Sequence record: MN091626.1 | Length of the DNA stretch: 64,000 nt | Reading direction: 5' to 3' (one strand) | Part shown: piece after piece, positions 9,562 through 19,488 of the stretch | How the letters are laid out: every line of letters starts with the position of its first letter | How positions within the stretch are numbered: the stretch's first letter is position 1 | Notes under the pieces: model-generated | Database searches by the model: none | What the model saw: only the letters and a program-made list of their open reading frames with translations | Told to the model about the DNA's origin: nothing | Made by a program: the position numbers and the translations under genes

Positions 9562-10716
9562 ATGAATTTACAAGAAGAACAACAATTAAATAAAATTAAT
9601 AAAATAATGAATATCAATGAAGATGCTTTTAATTTTAGTAAAAATACTTCATTATTGAGAGAAATAGATGAAGAATTTAAAACATTATTAGATAGTTATA
9701 ATTATGATAAATCTGATTTTGATTTAATTGATAAACATGAAATAAATAAAATATCTACTAATATTTCTAAAATCACTAAGAAGCTATTTAATACTAATAT
9801 GAAATTAAAATTTGTTGAAGCTGATCCTAAAGGAAAAGATAAATTTAGAGTTGAATCAATTGCAAGTACAATTATAAAACCAGAACAAATTAGAAATACA
9901 TTAGATGGAATTTCTAAAATAGTTATAGAAGAAAAGAATGGAATATATTATTCTAAACCTAGAGAAATTGAAGTTTTTATGGAGTTATCATCTTTAAGAT
10001 ACTTTTTAGAAATGAAAAAGAATTCTAAGAAGGTATCTTTTTCTAATTTTAATGAAAGAGTTTGTACTTCAATATTATTACATGAAATAGGACATAATTT
10101 ATTTTTACCTATTGAAATTAAAGTAATAACTCAAGGTAAAGAACCTGCTTTTGAGCTTAAATATAAAGACAATAAACCGGTACAATTTCAATATACTAAA
10201 GATATAGAAGCGGACACTGATAGAAATTTAAAATTAGCTGGTCCTATGATAATTTCTATGACACTAATGGTTGCTATTTTAACTTCATTAACAGGTGTAG
10301 CTGCTATAACTGGAATTGCTTCTATTTTTTCTTTCTTTAAATTAGGATCAATGGATAATAAAAGAGTAGAAAAAATGAATTATAATCTATCTGAAAGATC
10401 TGCTAATCAATTACCTGCTTTATATGGATATGCAAAAGAGAATATAATGCTTTACGATATGGTTTATGCTGCAACTAATAGTAAAATGGAAAAAACTAAA
10501 AATAATATTTTCAGTAAAATATTTAGAGGATTAATGTATCCTGGTAGATTATTTATTAGAAATTATAAAGACTATTCATCAGATTCCATTGATAATACTA
10601 TTAAGACTCTTAAATTTGAAATAAGTAACCCTAATAATAGTAAAGAAGTTAAAGAAAGTTTAAAACAACAACTTTCTGATATTCAAACTTTGATGAAGAA
10701 ATCAGATAGAATGTAG
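9562..10716 (+). CDS. Virion-associated HExxH (zincin-like) protein with hydrophobic segment
   Basis: 'ILLHEIGH' motif, downstream 'SERSANQLPALYGY', hydrophobic stretch MIISMTLMVAILTSLTGVAAITGIASIFSFF. Confidence 0.5.
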   Translation: MNLQEEQQLNKINKIMNINEDAFNFSKNTSLLREIDEEFKTLLDSYNYDKSDFDLIDKHEINKISTNISKITKKLFNTNMKLKFVEADPKGKDKFRVESIASTIIKPEQIRNTLDGISKIVIEEKNGIYYSKPREIEVFMELSSLRYFLEMKKNSKKVSFSNFNERVCTSILLHEIGHNLFLPIEIKVITQGKEPAFELKYKDNKPVQFQYTKDIEADTDRNLKLAGPMIISMTLMVAILTSLTGVAAITGIASIFSFFKLGSMDNKRVEKMNYNLSERSANQLPALYGYAKENIMLYDMVYAATNSKMEKTKNNIFSKIFRGLMYPGRLFIRNYKDYSSDSIDNTIKTLKFEISNPNNSKEVKESLKQQLSDIQTLMKKSDRM

Positions 10717-10741
10717 ATAAGAAAAGTGAGTTGAAATAAAT

Positions 10742-11539
10742 ATGACTACTAAACCAAAATTAAAGAAAAAAGTGTATTACGATTATAAAACTAATAATGT
10801 TAGTTTTTTAAGAGTAGCTAGAGATCTTAAGAAGAACAACGTTAGAAATTATGGTATTCCATTAACTCTATACGATAAAAATCTTATAGGAGTAGATCCT
10901 TGGGATCCTGAGCTTTCTGATGAAATGAAAACTCGTGTATTAAGAGAAGCTAAAATTAATATATGGTTTTATCTTAGAGAAGTTATCCGAGTTCCAGTTC
11001 CTGGTGGTAAAGTAATGTATGAACTTCATAGGGGTAATATGGCTATGACTTTCTGTATGTTGCATAACCTTGATACAGCTATAATGCTTCCACGTCAGCA
11101 CTATAAAACATATTCAGCTGTATGTTATTATTCATGGATAATGTTATTAGTAGGTAGTAACTATACAATGCTATTTACACATAAATCATATTCAGATACA
11201 ACGGAAAACTTAAAACGTCTTAAAAACTTATTTAAAGAGAAGTGTTTACCTGAATATGTATTAGCTAACTTTGGTGATAAAAATGATAGAGATAAAATTA
11301 ATGAATTTCAATTAGCTAGTAATAATAATACGATTAAAACAGTTTCACCTCCAACTAACAGTGAGAGTGCAAACAAAGCAGGTCGTGGTTCTACTGTACC
11401 TATGGTTTGGCTAGACGAGTGGGCATTCATTCCACACAATCAAACAATGTTTGAAGCTATGAGACCTGCAGTTTCTACAGCATCTGCAATAGCTAAGAAA
11501 AATGGTACACCTTATGGACTTCTAATTACTACTACACCT
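10742..11539 (+). CDS. terL: Terminase large subunit, exon 1 (ATPase)
   Basis: Walker A-like PRQHYKT, Walker B VWLDEWAF, motif III LITTTP; joins in frame to exon 2 giving ...TTTP|STLDVPQG, spliced product 677 aa. Confidence 0.9.
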
Positions 11540-11709
11540 AAAATGACTGGGTGAAAATAAATTAAAATTTATTTTAAGGACTTTATTAATTGCTGGGAGA
11601 GCCTTAGAGCTTAATCAACTACAACGTAATTAGAAATAATAAACGTGAATGTCTAAAAATGATTAAGATTGGTCAATCAGCAGCTAATTTTTCAATTTAT
11701 TAAATAATG

Positions 11710-11741
11710 AACAACTCCTTATACAAAAGACTTAGGAGTTG
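11710..11741 (+). promoter_or_regulatory. Late promoter overlapping an RBS-sequestering hairpin of the endonuclease gene
   Basis: AACA-ACTCCT-TA (11710-11721); stem caactcct (11712-11719) / aggagttg (11734-11741) covers the SD. Confidence 0.75.
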
Positions 11742-11746
11742 GTATT

Positions 11747-12847
11747 TTGAATTTTTATGAAAAACTAAATAAAAAATTTAATAATAGTATAATAGCAAAA
11801 GAAGAATATAAAAATGGTAATGAAAAAATTAAGTTCTATTGCAAAAATTGTGAAAATTATTTTTATTCTAAACCTAGAAAAATTATTGAATCTTCATATA
11901 AATCATGTCATTTATGTAGAAAAAAAGAAAAAGAAAATATTTTCAGGAATAATCTAATTAAAATGATAGATAATGAAATATATGAAATAATTGAAATGAA
12001 AAATCCTATAAAGAATAATGAAAAATTTTCTTTAAAGCATAGAAAATGTGGAAATGTATTTCATATATCTGTAAGTAATTTTAAAAAAGGTAGAAAATGT
12101 CCTTACTGTTCTAATAAATCTATGAAAAGAGATCAAAGTTTCTTTTTAGAGAAAATAAATAATATAGATTCCAGTTTTTTAAAAAATTACGAATTAGAAA
12201 GTGATTATATCGGTGTTAATAAAAATATTAAAATTAAACACAAAGAATGTGGAAATATTTTTGATACTACTCCTAATAGAATATATAGAGGTAATAGATG
12301 TAGTATTTGTTCTCATAAATCAGATAAGTATAATTTAGAAGAAGTGAAGAATATTATAGAAAAAGATAAAAAATTTAAACTTATGTCTAATTATTATGAA
12401 AACAATAAACAAAAATTAAAAATAAAATGCATTAATTGTGGTAATATACAAGAGAAGAATTTAGTTTCATTTCAAGATAAAAGAAATAGAAAATGTATGT
12501 GTGAAAAATATTCTATACCAATTCAATATATAACTAATTTTCTAATGAATAAAGATATAAATTTTGAATTAGAAAAAAGATTTGATAATTGTAGGAATAT
12601 TAGACCTTTACCTTTTGATATTTTCATAAACGATTTTAATATTTTAATTGAATATGATGGAGAACAACATTTTAAACCGATATATGGAAAAGAAAAATTT
12701 AATAAAACTAAAATAAATGATGAAATAAAAAATAATTTTTGCAAAAAAGAAAAAATAGAACTGATTAGAATAAATTGCTATGATGATTATAAAGATAAAA
12801 TTGAAAATTTAGTTCAACGACTATCGAAAGTTGAGTATACATCGTGA
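11747..12847 (+). CDS. Intron-encoded homing endonuclease (CxxC zinc-finger repeats + EDxHD/Vsr-like PD-(D/E)xK nuclease)
   Basis: Repeated 'KHxxCGNxF...G.RCPxC' units; C-term 'LPFDIF...ILIEYDGEQHF...DEIKNNFC...IELIRI'; TTG start 8 nt after AGGAG; 3' end overlaps intron R element. Confidence 0.85.
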   Translation: MNFYEKLNKKFNNSIIAKEEYKNGNEKIKFYCKNCENYFYSKPRKIIESSYKSCHLCRKKEKENIFRNNLIKMIDNEIYEIIEMKNPIKNNEKFSLKHRKCGNVFHISVSNFKKGRKCPYCSNKSMKRDQSFFLEKINNIDSSFLKNYELESDYIGVNKNIKIKHKECGNIFDTTPNRIYRGNRCSICSHKSDKYNLEEVKNIIEKDKKFKLMSNYYENNKQKLKIKCINCGNIQEKNLVSFQDKRNRKCMCEKYSIPIQYITNFLMNKDINFELEKRFDNCRNIRPLPFDIFINDFNILIEYDGEQHFKPIYGKEKFNKTKINDEIKNNFCKKEKIELIRINCYDDYKDKIENLVQRLSKVEYTS

Positions 12848-13050
12848 GGATTTATACAATATAAATGAGTAGAGTACAGCCAAGCGGTTAGTAATTAAGT
12901 GATATTAGCTTAATATAATTCTATTAAATGGAAACATAAAGATTTCTAAAGTAACGTTTAGATTTAAGATATAGTCTCAACATTCAGGGAAAACCTGAAG
13001 AAGTTCATAAGAGAACTGATATAGATTAGCGATCTATATTGAAGATTTTG

Positions 13051-14286
13051 AGTACTTTAGATGTTCCTCAAGGACAATTCTTCTTTGAACAAATGAATGA
13101 TGCGGCTCAATGGACAGAAAAAATATATGATTATTACATTAATTCTGAAGAAGAAGGTAATGAAAAATTAGAAGAGTATATGGATAGTAATTCAGGTAAT
13201 TCATTTATTTATATAGAATATTCATATAAAGAATTAGGAAAAGATGACAATTGGTTAGAAAAGCAAAAACGTCAAATCGGTTCTTTAGAAGCTGTTAAAC
13301 GTGAGATACTTCTTGAATGGGCATTTAGTAATGATGATTCTTTATTTGATGAAGAACAAATGTCTGAGTTATCTCTATATGCAAATAAAGAAATATATAA
13401 CACTATTGACTTTAAAATAAATGGTAAAACTTATTATGTTCATATGGTTAAAAAGATGGAAAATATGCATGAAAAGAACTGGCTTGTTGGTATTGACATA
13501 TCTGGCGGTCTTGGTCGAGATAATACTGCATTTACTGTAGTTGATCCGGGTACATTAGAACCAGTAATGGTCTTCCAAAATAATATAATTAATGGTCCTA
13601 CTTTCAGAAAATTAATTAAAGAACTTATTACACTTTATATACCTAATGCAGTATTAATACCTGAACGTAACTATGCTGGTACAGTAATGATAGAAGATAT
13701 GATTCAAACTGATAATATTGGAGATAATATTTTTTATTCATTAAAGAATAGAACAGCAGAAAAACAAGTTGAAGTTAATAAACAAGTATTTAATGAAATG
13801 CCTAGACATAGCACTAATAAAGTTACTAAACAAGTAAGAAGATATGGTATCGATACAACTAAAAAATCTCGTGACTTAATGCTTAATGAAATTTTATCAA
13901 TGATAGTTGAAGAAAAGCCTTATCTGGTTAATAATAAACCATTATTCCAACAAATAAAATCTCTTCAAATGAAAAAAGGTAGAATTGATCATCCTGATGG
14001 CGGTCATGATGACTTACTTATGAGTTATTTATTCTGCTTATACGCATACTATTATGAAAAAGATATTAAGAAATTTGTTAAAGTTAAATACGGTTCAATA
14101 GTATCTCCAACTGGAGAAAATGCGGAAGAGATTGAAAAAGAAAGACAAGCTAGAAGAAAAGATATTGCATCCATAAAACGTATTGGTGGAATTATTGATG
14201 GTAATTCTCCTAGCAATCCTCTATTACAGAATAATAATTCCGCTCCAAATCAAAAATCAAAAAGAATAATGAATTTATTGGATTGA
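13051..14286 (+). CDS. terL: Terminase large subunit, exon 2 (RNase H-like nuclease)
   Basis: 'LVGIDISGGLGRD', 'LIPERNYAG', 'HDDLLMS' nuclease acidic motifs. Confidence 0.9.
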   Translation, partial: STLDVPQGQFFFEQMNDAAQWTEKIYDYYINSEEEGNEKLEEYMDSNSGNSFIYIEYSYKELGKDDNWLEKQKRQIGSLEAVKREILLEWAFSNDDSLFDEEQMSELSLYANKEIYNTIDFKINGKTYYVHMVKKMENMHEKNWLVGIDISGGLGRDNTAFTVVDPGTLEPVMVFQNNIINGPTFRKLIKELITLYIPNAVLIPERNYAGTVMIEDMIQTDNIGDNIFYSLKNRTAEKQVEVNKQVFNEMPRHSTNKVTKQVRRYGIDTTKKSRDLMLNEILSMIVEEKPYLVNNKPLFQQIKSLQMKKGRIDHPDGGHDDLLMSYLFCLYAYYYEKDIKKFVKVKYGSIVSPTGENAEEIEKERQARRKDIASIKRIGGIIDGNSPSNPLLQNNNSAPNQKSKRIMNLLD

Positions 14287-14293
14287 TTACAAT

Positions 14294-14327
14294 AAAGGTA
14301 ATGGCATAATAATTTGTCATTACCTTT
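14294..14327 (+). terminator. Intrinsic terminator after terL
   Basis: aaaggtaatggca / tgtcattaccttt plus T-run. Confidence 0.8.
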
Positions 14328-14464
14328 TTATTATCACAAATTTTTATTATTCCATCTTAACTAATTTGTATAATAGAATTTCAAGAATAATTTTAAATTA
14401 GAATTTTTTCTAAATTTAATAGAATAATATAATATATAATAATAAAACGGATGGTGAAAATAAA

Positions 14465-15256
14465 TTGGCAAAAACATATTTAATTGACGATAAAGATGAT
14501 TTAGAAATGGTAAAAGAAGAATATGATGAAGTCATTATGAATATATCTGAAGACATTATGATTGATAATATTAAAGAACAAATTGAAGATTCAAATTCAA
14601 GACAGTTCTATATTAATCAATATCATAAAGATTTCTTTGAATACTTTGAAATTAGATTTAAATTTATTTTAGAAAGATATAAAGAAGATAATGATATCTT
14701 AATTAAAACTAAACAAGTTTATCATGATATTCTTAATGAAATTCAAGAATCTATTGAAAATACTTATCAGTTTTCTTTAGAATTTCCAGAAGATATTTTA
14801 ATTGAAGATAAAGCTCAATACATTAAATCATTGTATAATTTCTTTGTATTAAATAAAAAAGAAACTTTAAATAATTTATTTATTAACTATATTGAGAAGA
14901 ATATAATGCAATTAGCTAAAACTTATAAAGATAGTATGGATGAAGACGTTATTAACTCTCTTTCATATAATAACTTAAAGAAAACTATTGATAATGATTA
15001 TACACCTTTAGTATATTCTATTCCTGAAATTATTGATGGTATTCATATTTCTGATAATGAAGATGTAATAGAGACTATTATCTATGATGAAGAATCTGAA
15101 TTAAATAACTATCAAATTGATAAAATGTTAGTAGAACAATCTGTAACAGATGTTAGATTTGATAATCATTTAATTAATGTATTTAGAGATTCTTTTATAG
15201 AGAATAATGTATTACATCGAGAAGTTCAATACTATTTTATAGATAAGTATAAATAA
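14465..15256 (+). CDS. Hypothetical acidic protein
   Basis: 263-aa ORF, TTG start after GGATGGTG; no motif recognised. Confidence 0.6.
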   Translation: MAKTYLIDDKDDLEMVKEEYDEVIMNISEDIMIDNIKEQIEDSNSRQFYINQYHKDFFEYFEIRFKFILERYKEDNDILIKTKQVYHDILNEIQESIENTYQFSLEFPEDILIEDKAQYIKSLYNFFVLNKKETLNNLFINYIEKNIMQLAKTYKDSMDEDVINSLSYNNLKKTIDNDYTPLVYSIPEIIDGIHISDNEDVIETIIYDEESELNNYQIDKMLVEQSVTDVRFDNHLINVFRDSFIENNVLHREVQYYFIDKYK

Positions 15257-15280
15257 TAACATATAAGGAGAAAAGCTAAA

Positions 15281-16027
15281 ATGACTGAAGATAAGAGCAA
15301 AGAATTAGATTTAGAAAAATTAGAACAAGATATAGAACAAGCTAATGATGAATTCGAAAAAGAAAATGAAAAGATTGAGAAAGAGTTAGAAGAAACAAAA
15401 GAGGGAATTAATAAAGAAATAGCTTCTTATTATGGTAAAGATAGTATTAGTCTTAATGACACTATTTCAGTAGATGCTAAGGTTAATAGATACCAAGAAA
15501 AATTAGACTTTATTAATGGAGATTTAAGTTTTGATAGTGAAGATGATATTCCTGAAAGACTTAAACCTTTTAAAAATATGGAAATAAAAGATACTAAACA
15601 AATTGAAAATATTATTCAACAAATTAAAGACAGTAAAGAGGCTAAACATCTTGTAGAAAATATTACTATTAGTAAATTACCTGTTAATGATAATAAACTT
15701 AAAAAAGTAAATGAAAAATTAAATATGAAAATTTACAGATATAATAAGTTACATGGTAATGAAAATAATGAATATAATTACATTGATTTAGAAGATATTC
15801 ATAATACTCTAAAAAATGCTTTAGACAACGATAGTTTCAAAGAATCAAATACATTATACAAATTTATGTGTGCATTAGGTTCATACATGTCGCAAAATTA
15901 TGAAAAATATCCTTACTATATAAAATCTCTTTCTGAAAATGTTGACTACATTGGAAAATTCGGTAATAAATTAGATCAGAACGAAGACTTTATCAAAGTA
16001 ATAAATAGTATTCTTAAGAAATACTAA
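15281..16027 (+). CDS. Hypothetical protein with N-terminal acidic coiled coil
   Basis: AAGGAG RBS; no family recognised. Confidence 0.6.
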   Translation: MTEDKSKELDLEKLEQDIEQANDEFEKENEKIEKELEETKEGINKEIASYYGKDSISLNDTISVDAKVNRYQEKLDFINGDLSFDSEDDIPERLKPFKNMEIKDTKQIENIIQQIKDSKEAKHLVENITISKLPVNDNKLKKVNEKLNMKIYRYNKLHGNENNEYNYIDLEDIHNTLKNALDNDSFKESNTLYKFMCALGSYMSQNYEKYPYYIKSLSENVDYIGKFGNKLDQNEDFIKVINSILKKY

Positions 16028-16069
16028 AATATATTATTAAAAATTATAAGAAAGAGGTTTGATTAAAAG

Positions 16070-16309
16070 ATGGAACAAATTAAATTTTATACTAAGAATA
16101 ACTGTGCTAAATGTGGTTTCAGTAAAATGTTTTTAAATAATAAAGGTGTTGCTTACACTGAAATCAATATTGATGAAGATGAAAGTGCTAAAGAAGAACT
16201 TTTATCTAAAGGATACCAATCATTACCTGTAATTGATTTTGGAACAGATGTAATCGTTGGTAATGATCCTGCTAAATTAAATCAAATTTTATCTACAGTT
16301 ACTGCTTAA
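16070..16309 (+). CDS. nrdH: NrdH-like glutaredoxin
   Basis: CAKC (CxxC) motif, 'GYQSLPVI', upstream of nrdIEF. Confidence 0.9.
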   Translation: MEQIKFYTKNNCAKCGFSKMFLNNKGVAYTEINIDEDESAKEELLSKGYQSLPVIDFGTDVIVGNDPAKLNQILSTVTA

Positions 16310-16333
16310 TTAAATATAAAGGAGATTATAATT

Positions 16334-16534
16334 ATGCAAACTATTTTTAATAGTCCAGAAGAAGTAGATTTTAAAAAATTAGCTGAGAAAGCTAGAAATA
16401 ATGATAATGAATTAAATACAAAAGCTGTTCATGAAGGAGAATACAATTACAATTTCAGTATTGAAGGTTGGAATTACTCATTCAGTTCAGATGGAACTTA
16501 TTGGAAATGGAATTATCAACAAGTTAATCAATAA
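16334..16534 (+). CDS. Stand-alone IsaA/SceD N-terminal-like domain
   Basis: AAGGAG RBS; pattern VD..L...A.N....LN......G.Y...F...G..Y.F.S.GT.W.W.Y matches the staphylococcal IsaA N-domain as recalled. Confidence 0.7.
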   Translation: MQTIFNSPEEVDFKKLAEKARNNDNELNTKAVHEGEYNYNFSIEGWNYSFSSDGTYWKWNYQQVNQ

Positions 16535-16552
16535 TAATGATTAATAAAAAAC

Positions 16553-16583
16553 GATCTATCACAGAGATAATCTGTGATGGATC
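16553..16583 (+). terminator. Intrinsic terminator
   Basis: gatctatcacaga / tctgtgatggatc followed by tattttt. Confidence 0.75.
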
Positions 16584-16621
16584 TATTTTTAACGAAAAAT
16601 TTTATATTTGGAGAGATTTAA

Positions 16622-17026
16622 ATGAAATTACTTTATTTCTCATTAACAGGAAATAGTAAAAAATTTGCTGAGAAATTAGATAGCTCTATAGTAGGAGAAC
16701 CTATTGAACTTAATAGAGATAATTGTGATGATATTAAAATGGATGAAGAGTATGTATTAGTATGTGGATCTTACAATACTCCTCACGCTATTTACAATCA
16801 TGTAGAAAAATTCTTTAATAATGGTAATAATTTAGAATTATGTAAAGGTATAATTGGCTCAGGAAATAGAAACCTAAATTATCAATTCTTAACTACACCT
16901 AAAAGATTATGTAGTGATTTTAATTTAGAATTGATTGCAGGAGTAGAATTGTTTGGAATTAAAAATGAACATTTAGAAGTAAATAAAAAATTAGAAGAGT
17001 TATCTAACTCTAGTATTATAAATTAA
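16622..17026 (+). CDS. nrdI: NrdI flavodoxin
   Basis: 'YFSLTGNSKKF', 'GIIGSGNRN', 'VELFG' in nrd operon. Confidence 0.9.
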   Translation: MKLLYFSLTGNSKKFAEKLDSSIVGEPIELNRDNCDDIKMDEEYVLVCGSYNTPHAIYNHVEKFFNNGNNLELCKGIIGSGNRNLNYQFLTTPKRLCSDFNLELIAGVELFGIKNEHLEVNKKLEELSNSSIIN

Positions 17027-17052
17027 TATATTGTAAGGAGACTTTTAATAAA

Positions 17053-19254
17053 ATGCCAAAAGAAATAGACTTAACTTCAGAAAAATTTAAAGATTATTCA
17101 TATAACGAATTAAACTCAAGAGGTTCACAATTAAAAGATGGTAATTTAGATTTAGAATTTGAATTAGCATCTGTTAAAAAATATTTCTTAGATTCAGTTA
17201 ATAAGAATGTAAGATACTTTAAAACATATAAAGAAAAAATTAATTATTTAGTTGATAATGATTATATTGATGGAGACATGATCAGTAATTATGATTTTGA
17301 ATTTATTAAAGGATTAATGAAAGAATTAATGGCTTATAAACATAGATTCACTCGTCTATTAGGAGCTAAGAAATTCTATGAACAGTATGCAATGAAAGAT
17401 GATGCAGGAGAAATTTTATTAGAACTATATGAAGATAGAATTTTATTTGTAGCTTTATATTTAGCTGATGGTGATGAAGAATTAGCTAGAAATATTGCTA
17501 ATGAAATTATTACAGGTACTTTCCAACCTGCTACACCAACATTCCTTAATGCAGGTAGAGTACGTTCTGGGGAATTAGTAAGTTGTTTCTTATTAACTAT
17601 GGAAGATTCTTTATCATCTATTTATAGAAATATTTCTAACGTGGCACAATTAAGTAAACGTGGTGGAGGAATTGGAGTATCTTTAAGTAATTTACGTGCT
17701 GACAATGATCCAATTAAAGGTGTTGAAGGAGCAGCTTCAGGAGTAGTTCCAGTTATGAAAGTATTTGAAGACACATTATCGTATGTAAATCAATTGGGTC
17801 AACGTAATGGTGCAGGTGCACTTTACTTAAACATTTTCCATAAAGATGTAGTAAAATTCTTAGATACTAAGAAAGAAAATGCTGATGAGAAAGTAAGATT
17901 AAAAACTATTTCATTAGGTTTAACAGTTCCAGATAAATATTATCAATTAGTTAAAGAAAATAAATCATTATATACATTTAGTCCATATGATATTAAAAAA
18001 TATTACGATTTAGATTTCGATAGTATTGACTTTAATACTTACTATGATATCTTTGTAGATGATAAACGTATTAGCAAAGAGAAAATGTATGCTCGTGATT
18101 TAGAAACTACTATTAGTAAATTACAACAAGAATCTGGCTATCCTTATATCATTAATATTGATACTGCTAATAGAGCTAATCCAATTAGTCATGGTACAAT
18201 TAAAATGAGTAACCTATGTAGTGAAATTTTACAAGTACAATACCCTTCATTAGTTGACGATAATCAACAATATGTTAAAACAGGAACAGACGTTTCATGT
18301 AACTTAGCTTCAACTATCGTACCTGGTTTAATGAAATCAGAAGACTTTGGTAAATCAGTTGGAACTATGTTAAGAAGTTTAAATTCAGTGGCAGAAAAAT
18401 CTAATATTGAAGCTGTACCTACAGTTAAGAAAGCTAATGATTTATTCCATACGGTTGGTTTAGGTGCAATGGGATTACACACATATTTAGCTGAAAATCA
18501 TATTCAATATGGATCAGAAGAATCTAAAGACTTTACTAATATTTATTTCATGTTATTAAACTATTGGACATTAGTTGAATCAAATAAAATTGCTAAAGAA
18601 AAAGATGAATCATTCTACTTATTTGATAAAACTGAATATGCTGATGGTTCTTACTTTGATAAACGTTATATTGGTAAAAATATTCAACCACGTACTGAAA
18701 AAGTTAAAGAATTATTTGAAGATATCTTTATTCCATCTGATAGTGATTGGGAACAATTAAGAAATAATATCGTTATGGATGGTTTATACAATCAAAATAG
18801 ATTAGCTGTAGCACCTAATGGTTCTATTGGTTATGTTAGAGAAGTATCACCTTCAATTCACCCTATTGTTGAATTAATTGAAGAACGTGTAGAAGGTAAA
18901 ACAGGTACTACTTTCTATCCAGCACCAGGTATTACACCAGATAACTTTGATTACTTTAAGAAAAATGCTTATCAATTAGATATGAGAGATATGATTGATT
19001 TATATTCAGAAGCTCAATATCATGTAGATCAAGGTATTTCTATGAATATTTATTTAATGAATGAACTTGATCCAGATCTTTATGAATGGAAAAAAGATTC
19101 TTTAGATAAAGAAACTACTACTCGTGATATTAGTAGATTACGTAACTATGCTTACAGTAAAGGTATTAAATCTATGTATTATACTCGTATTTATTCACCA
19201 GACCATGATGAAAATTCTCAAGGTATTGTTGAATGTGAATCTTGTTCTATTTAA
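17053..19254 (+). CDS. nrdE: Ribonucleotide reductase class Ib alpha subunit
   Basis: 'FQPATPTFLNAG', 'LVSCFLL', 'GQRNGAGA', 'SNLCSEI', 'AVAPNGSI', C-terminal 'CESCSI'; uninterrupted. Confidence 0.95.
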   Translation: MPKEIDLTSEKFKDYSYNELNSRGSQLKDGNLDLEFELASVKKYFLDSVNKNVRYFKTYKEKINYLVDNDYIDGDMISNYDFEFIKGLMKELMAYKHRFTRLLGAKKFYEQYAMKDDAGEILLELYEDRILFVALYLADGDEELARNIANEIITGTFQPATPTFLNAGRVRSGELVSCFLLTMEDSLSSIYRNISNVAQLSKRGGGIGVSLSNLRADNDPIKGVEGAASGVVPVMKVFEDTLSYVNQLGQRNGAGALYLNIFHKDVVKFLDTKKENADEKVRLKTISLGLTVPDKYYQLVKENKSLYTFSPYDIKKYYDLDFDSIDFNTYYDIFVDDKRISKEKMYARDLETTISKLQQESGYPYIINIDTANRANPISHGTIKMSNLCSEILQVQYPSLVDDNQQYVKTGTDVSCNLASTIVPGLMKSEDFGKSVGTMLRSLNSVAEKSNIEAVPTVKKANDLFHTVGLGAMGLHTYLAENHIQYGSEESKDFTNIYFMLLNYWTLVESNKIAKEKDESFYLFDKTEYADGSYFDKRYIGKNIQPRTEKVKELFEDIFIPSDSDWEQLRNNIVMDGLYNQNRLAVAPNGSIGYVREVSPSIHPIVELIEERVEGKTGTTFYPAPGITPDNFDYFKKNAYQLDMRDMIDLYSEAQYHVDQGISMNIYLMNELDPDLYEWKKDSLDKETTTRDISRLRNYAYSKGIKSMYYTRIYSPDHDENSQGIVECESCSI

Positions 19255-19269
19255 TTGGAGGTATTTAAT

Positions 19270-19488
19270 ATGACATTAAAAGAAAAATTTGAAAGTAAAT
19301 ATAGAAATTTAAATAAAGAACCAGAAATTTTAATTGTAGTAATTAAACTACCAAGTGGAGCTAAGGAAGTAATTTCCAATAGCTCTGACTTGGATAATAA
19401 AGTTCATTATTACTTAGAAAATTATGATGATCAATTTAGACATGTTAGAGATAGCAATGTACAGATAATTGATTTCGTATTAGTTTAA
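19270..19488 (+). CDS. Small hypothetical protein inserted between nrdE and nrdF
   Basis: GGAGG RBS supports ATG 19270 rather than TTG 19255. Confidence 0.65.
   Translation: MTLKEKFESKYRNLNKEPEILIVVIKLPSGAKEVISNSSDLDNKVHYYLENYDDQFRHVRDSNVQIIDFVLV

Larger units (their letters stand above)
11540..13050 (+). mobile_element. Group I intron (IA2-like) in terL
   Basis: P1 cacct|aaaatgact-gggtg with U.G splice pair; P aattgctggga; Q aatcagcagc; R gttcaacgacta; S aagatatagtct; P9-type hairpins; terminal G at 13050; splicing restores the frame. Confidence 0.92.

Noticed and set aside
13039-13050. TTG start for a separate 415-aa gene
   Set aside because: Lies inside the intron 3' end with no RBS; the sequence is terL exon 2.
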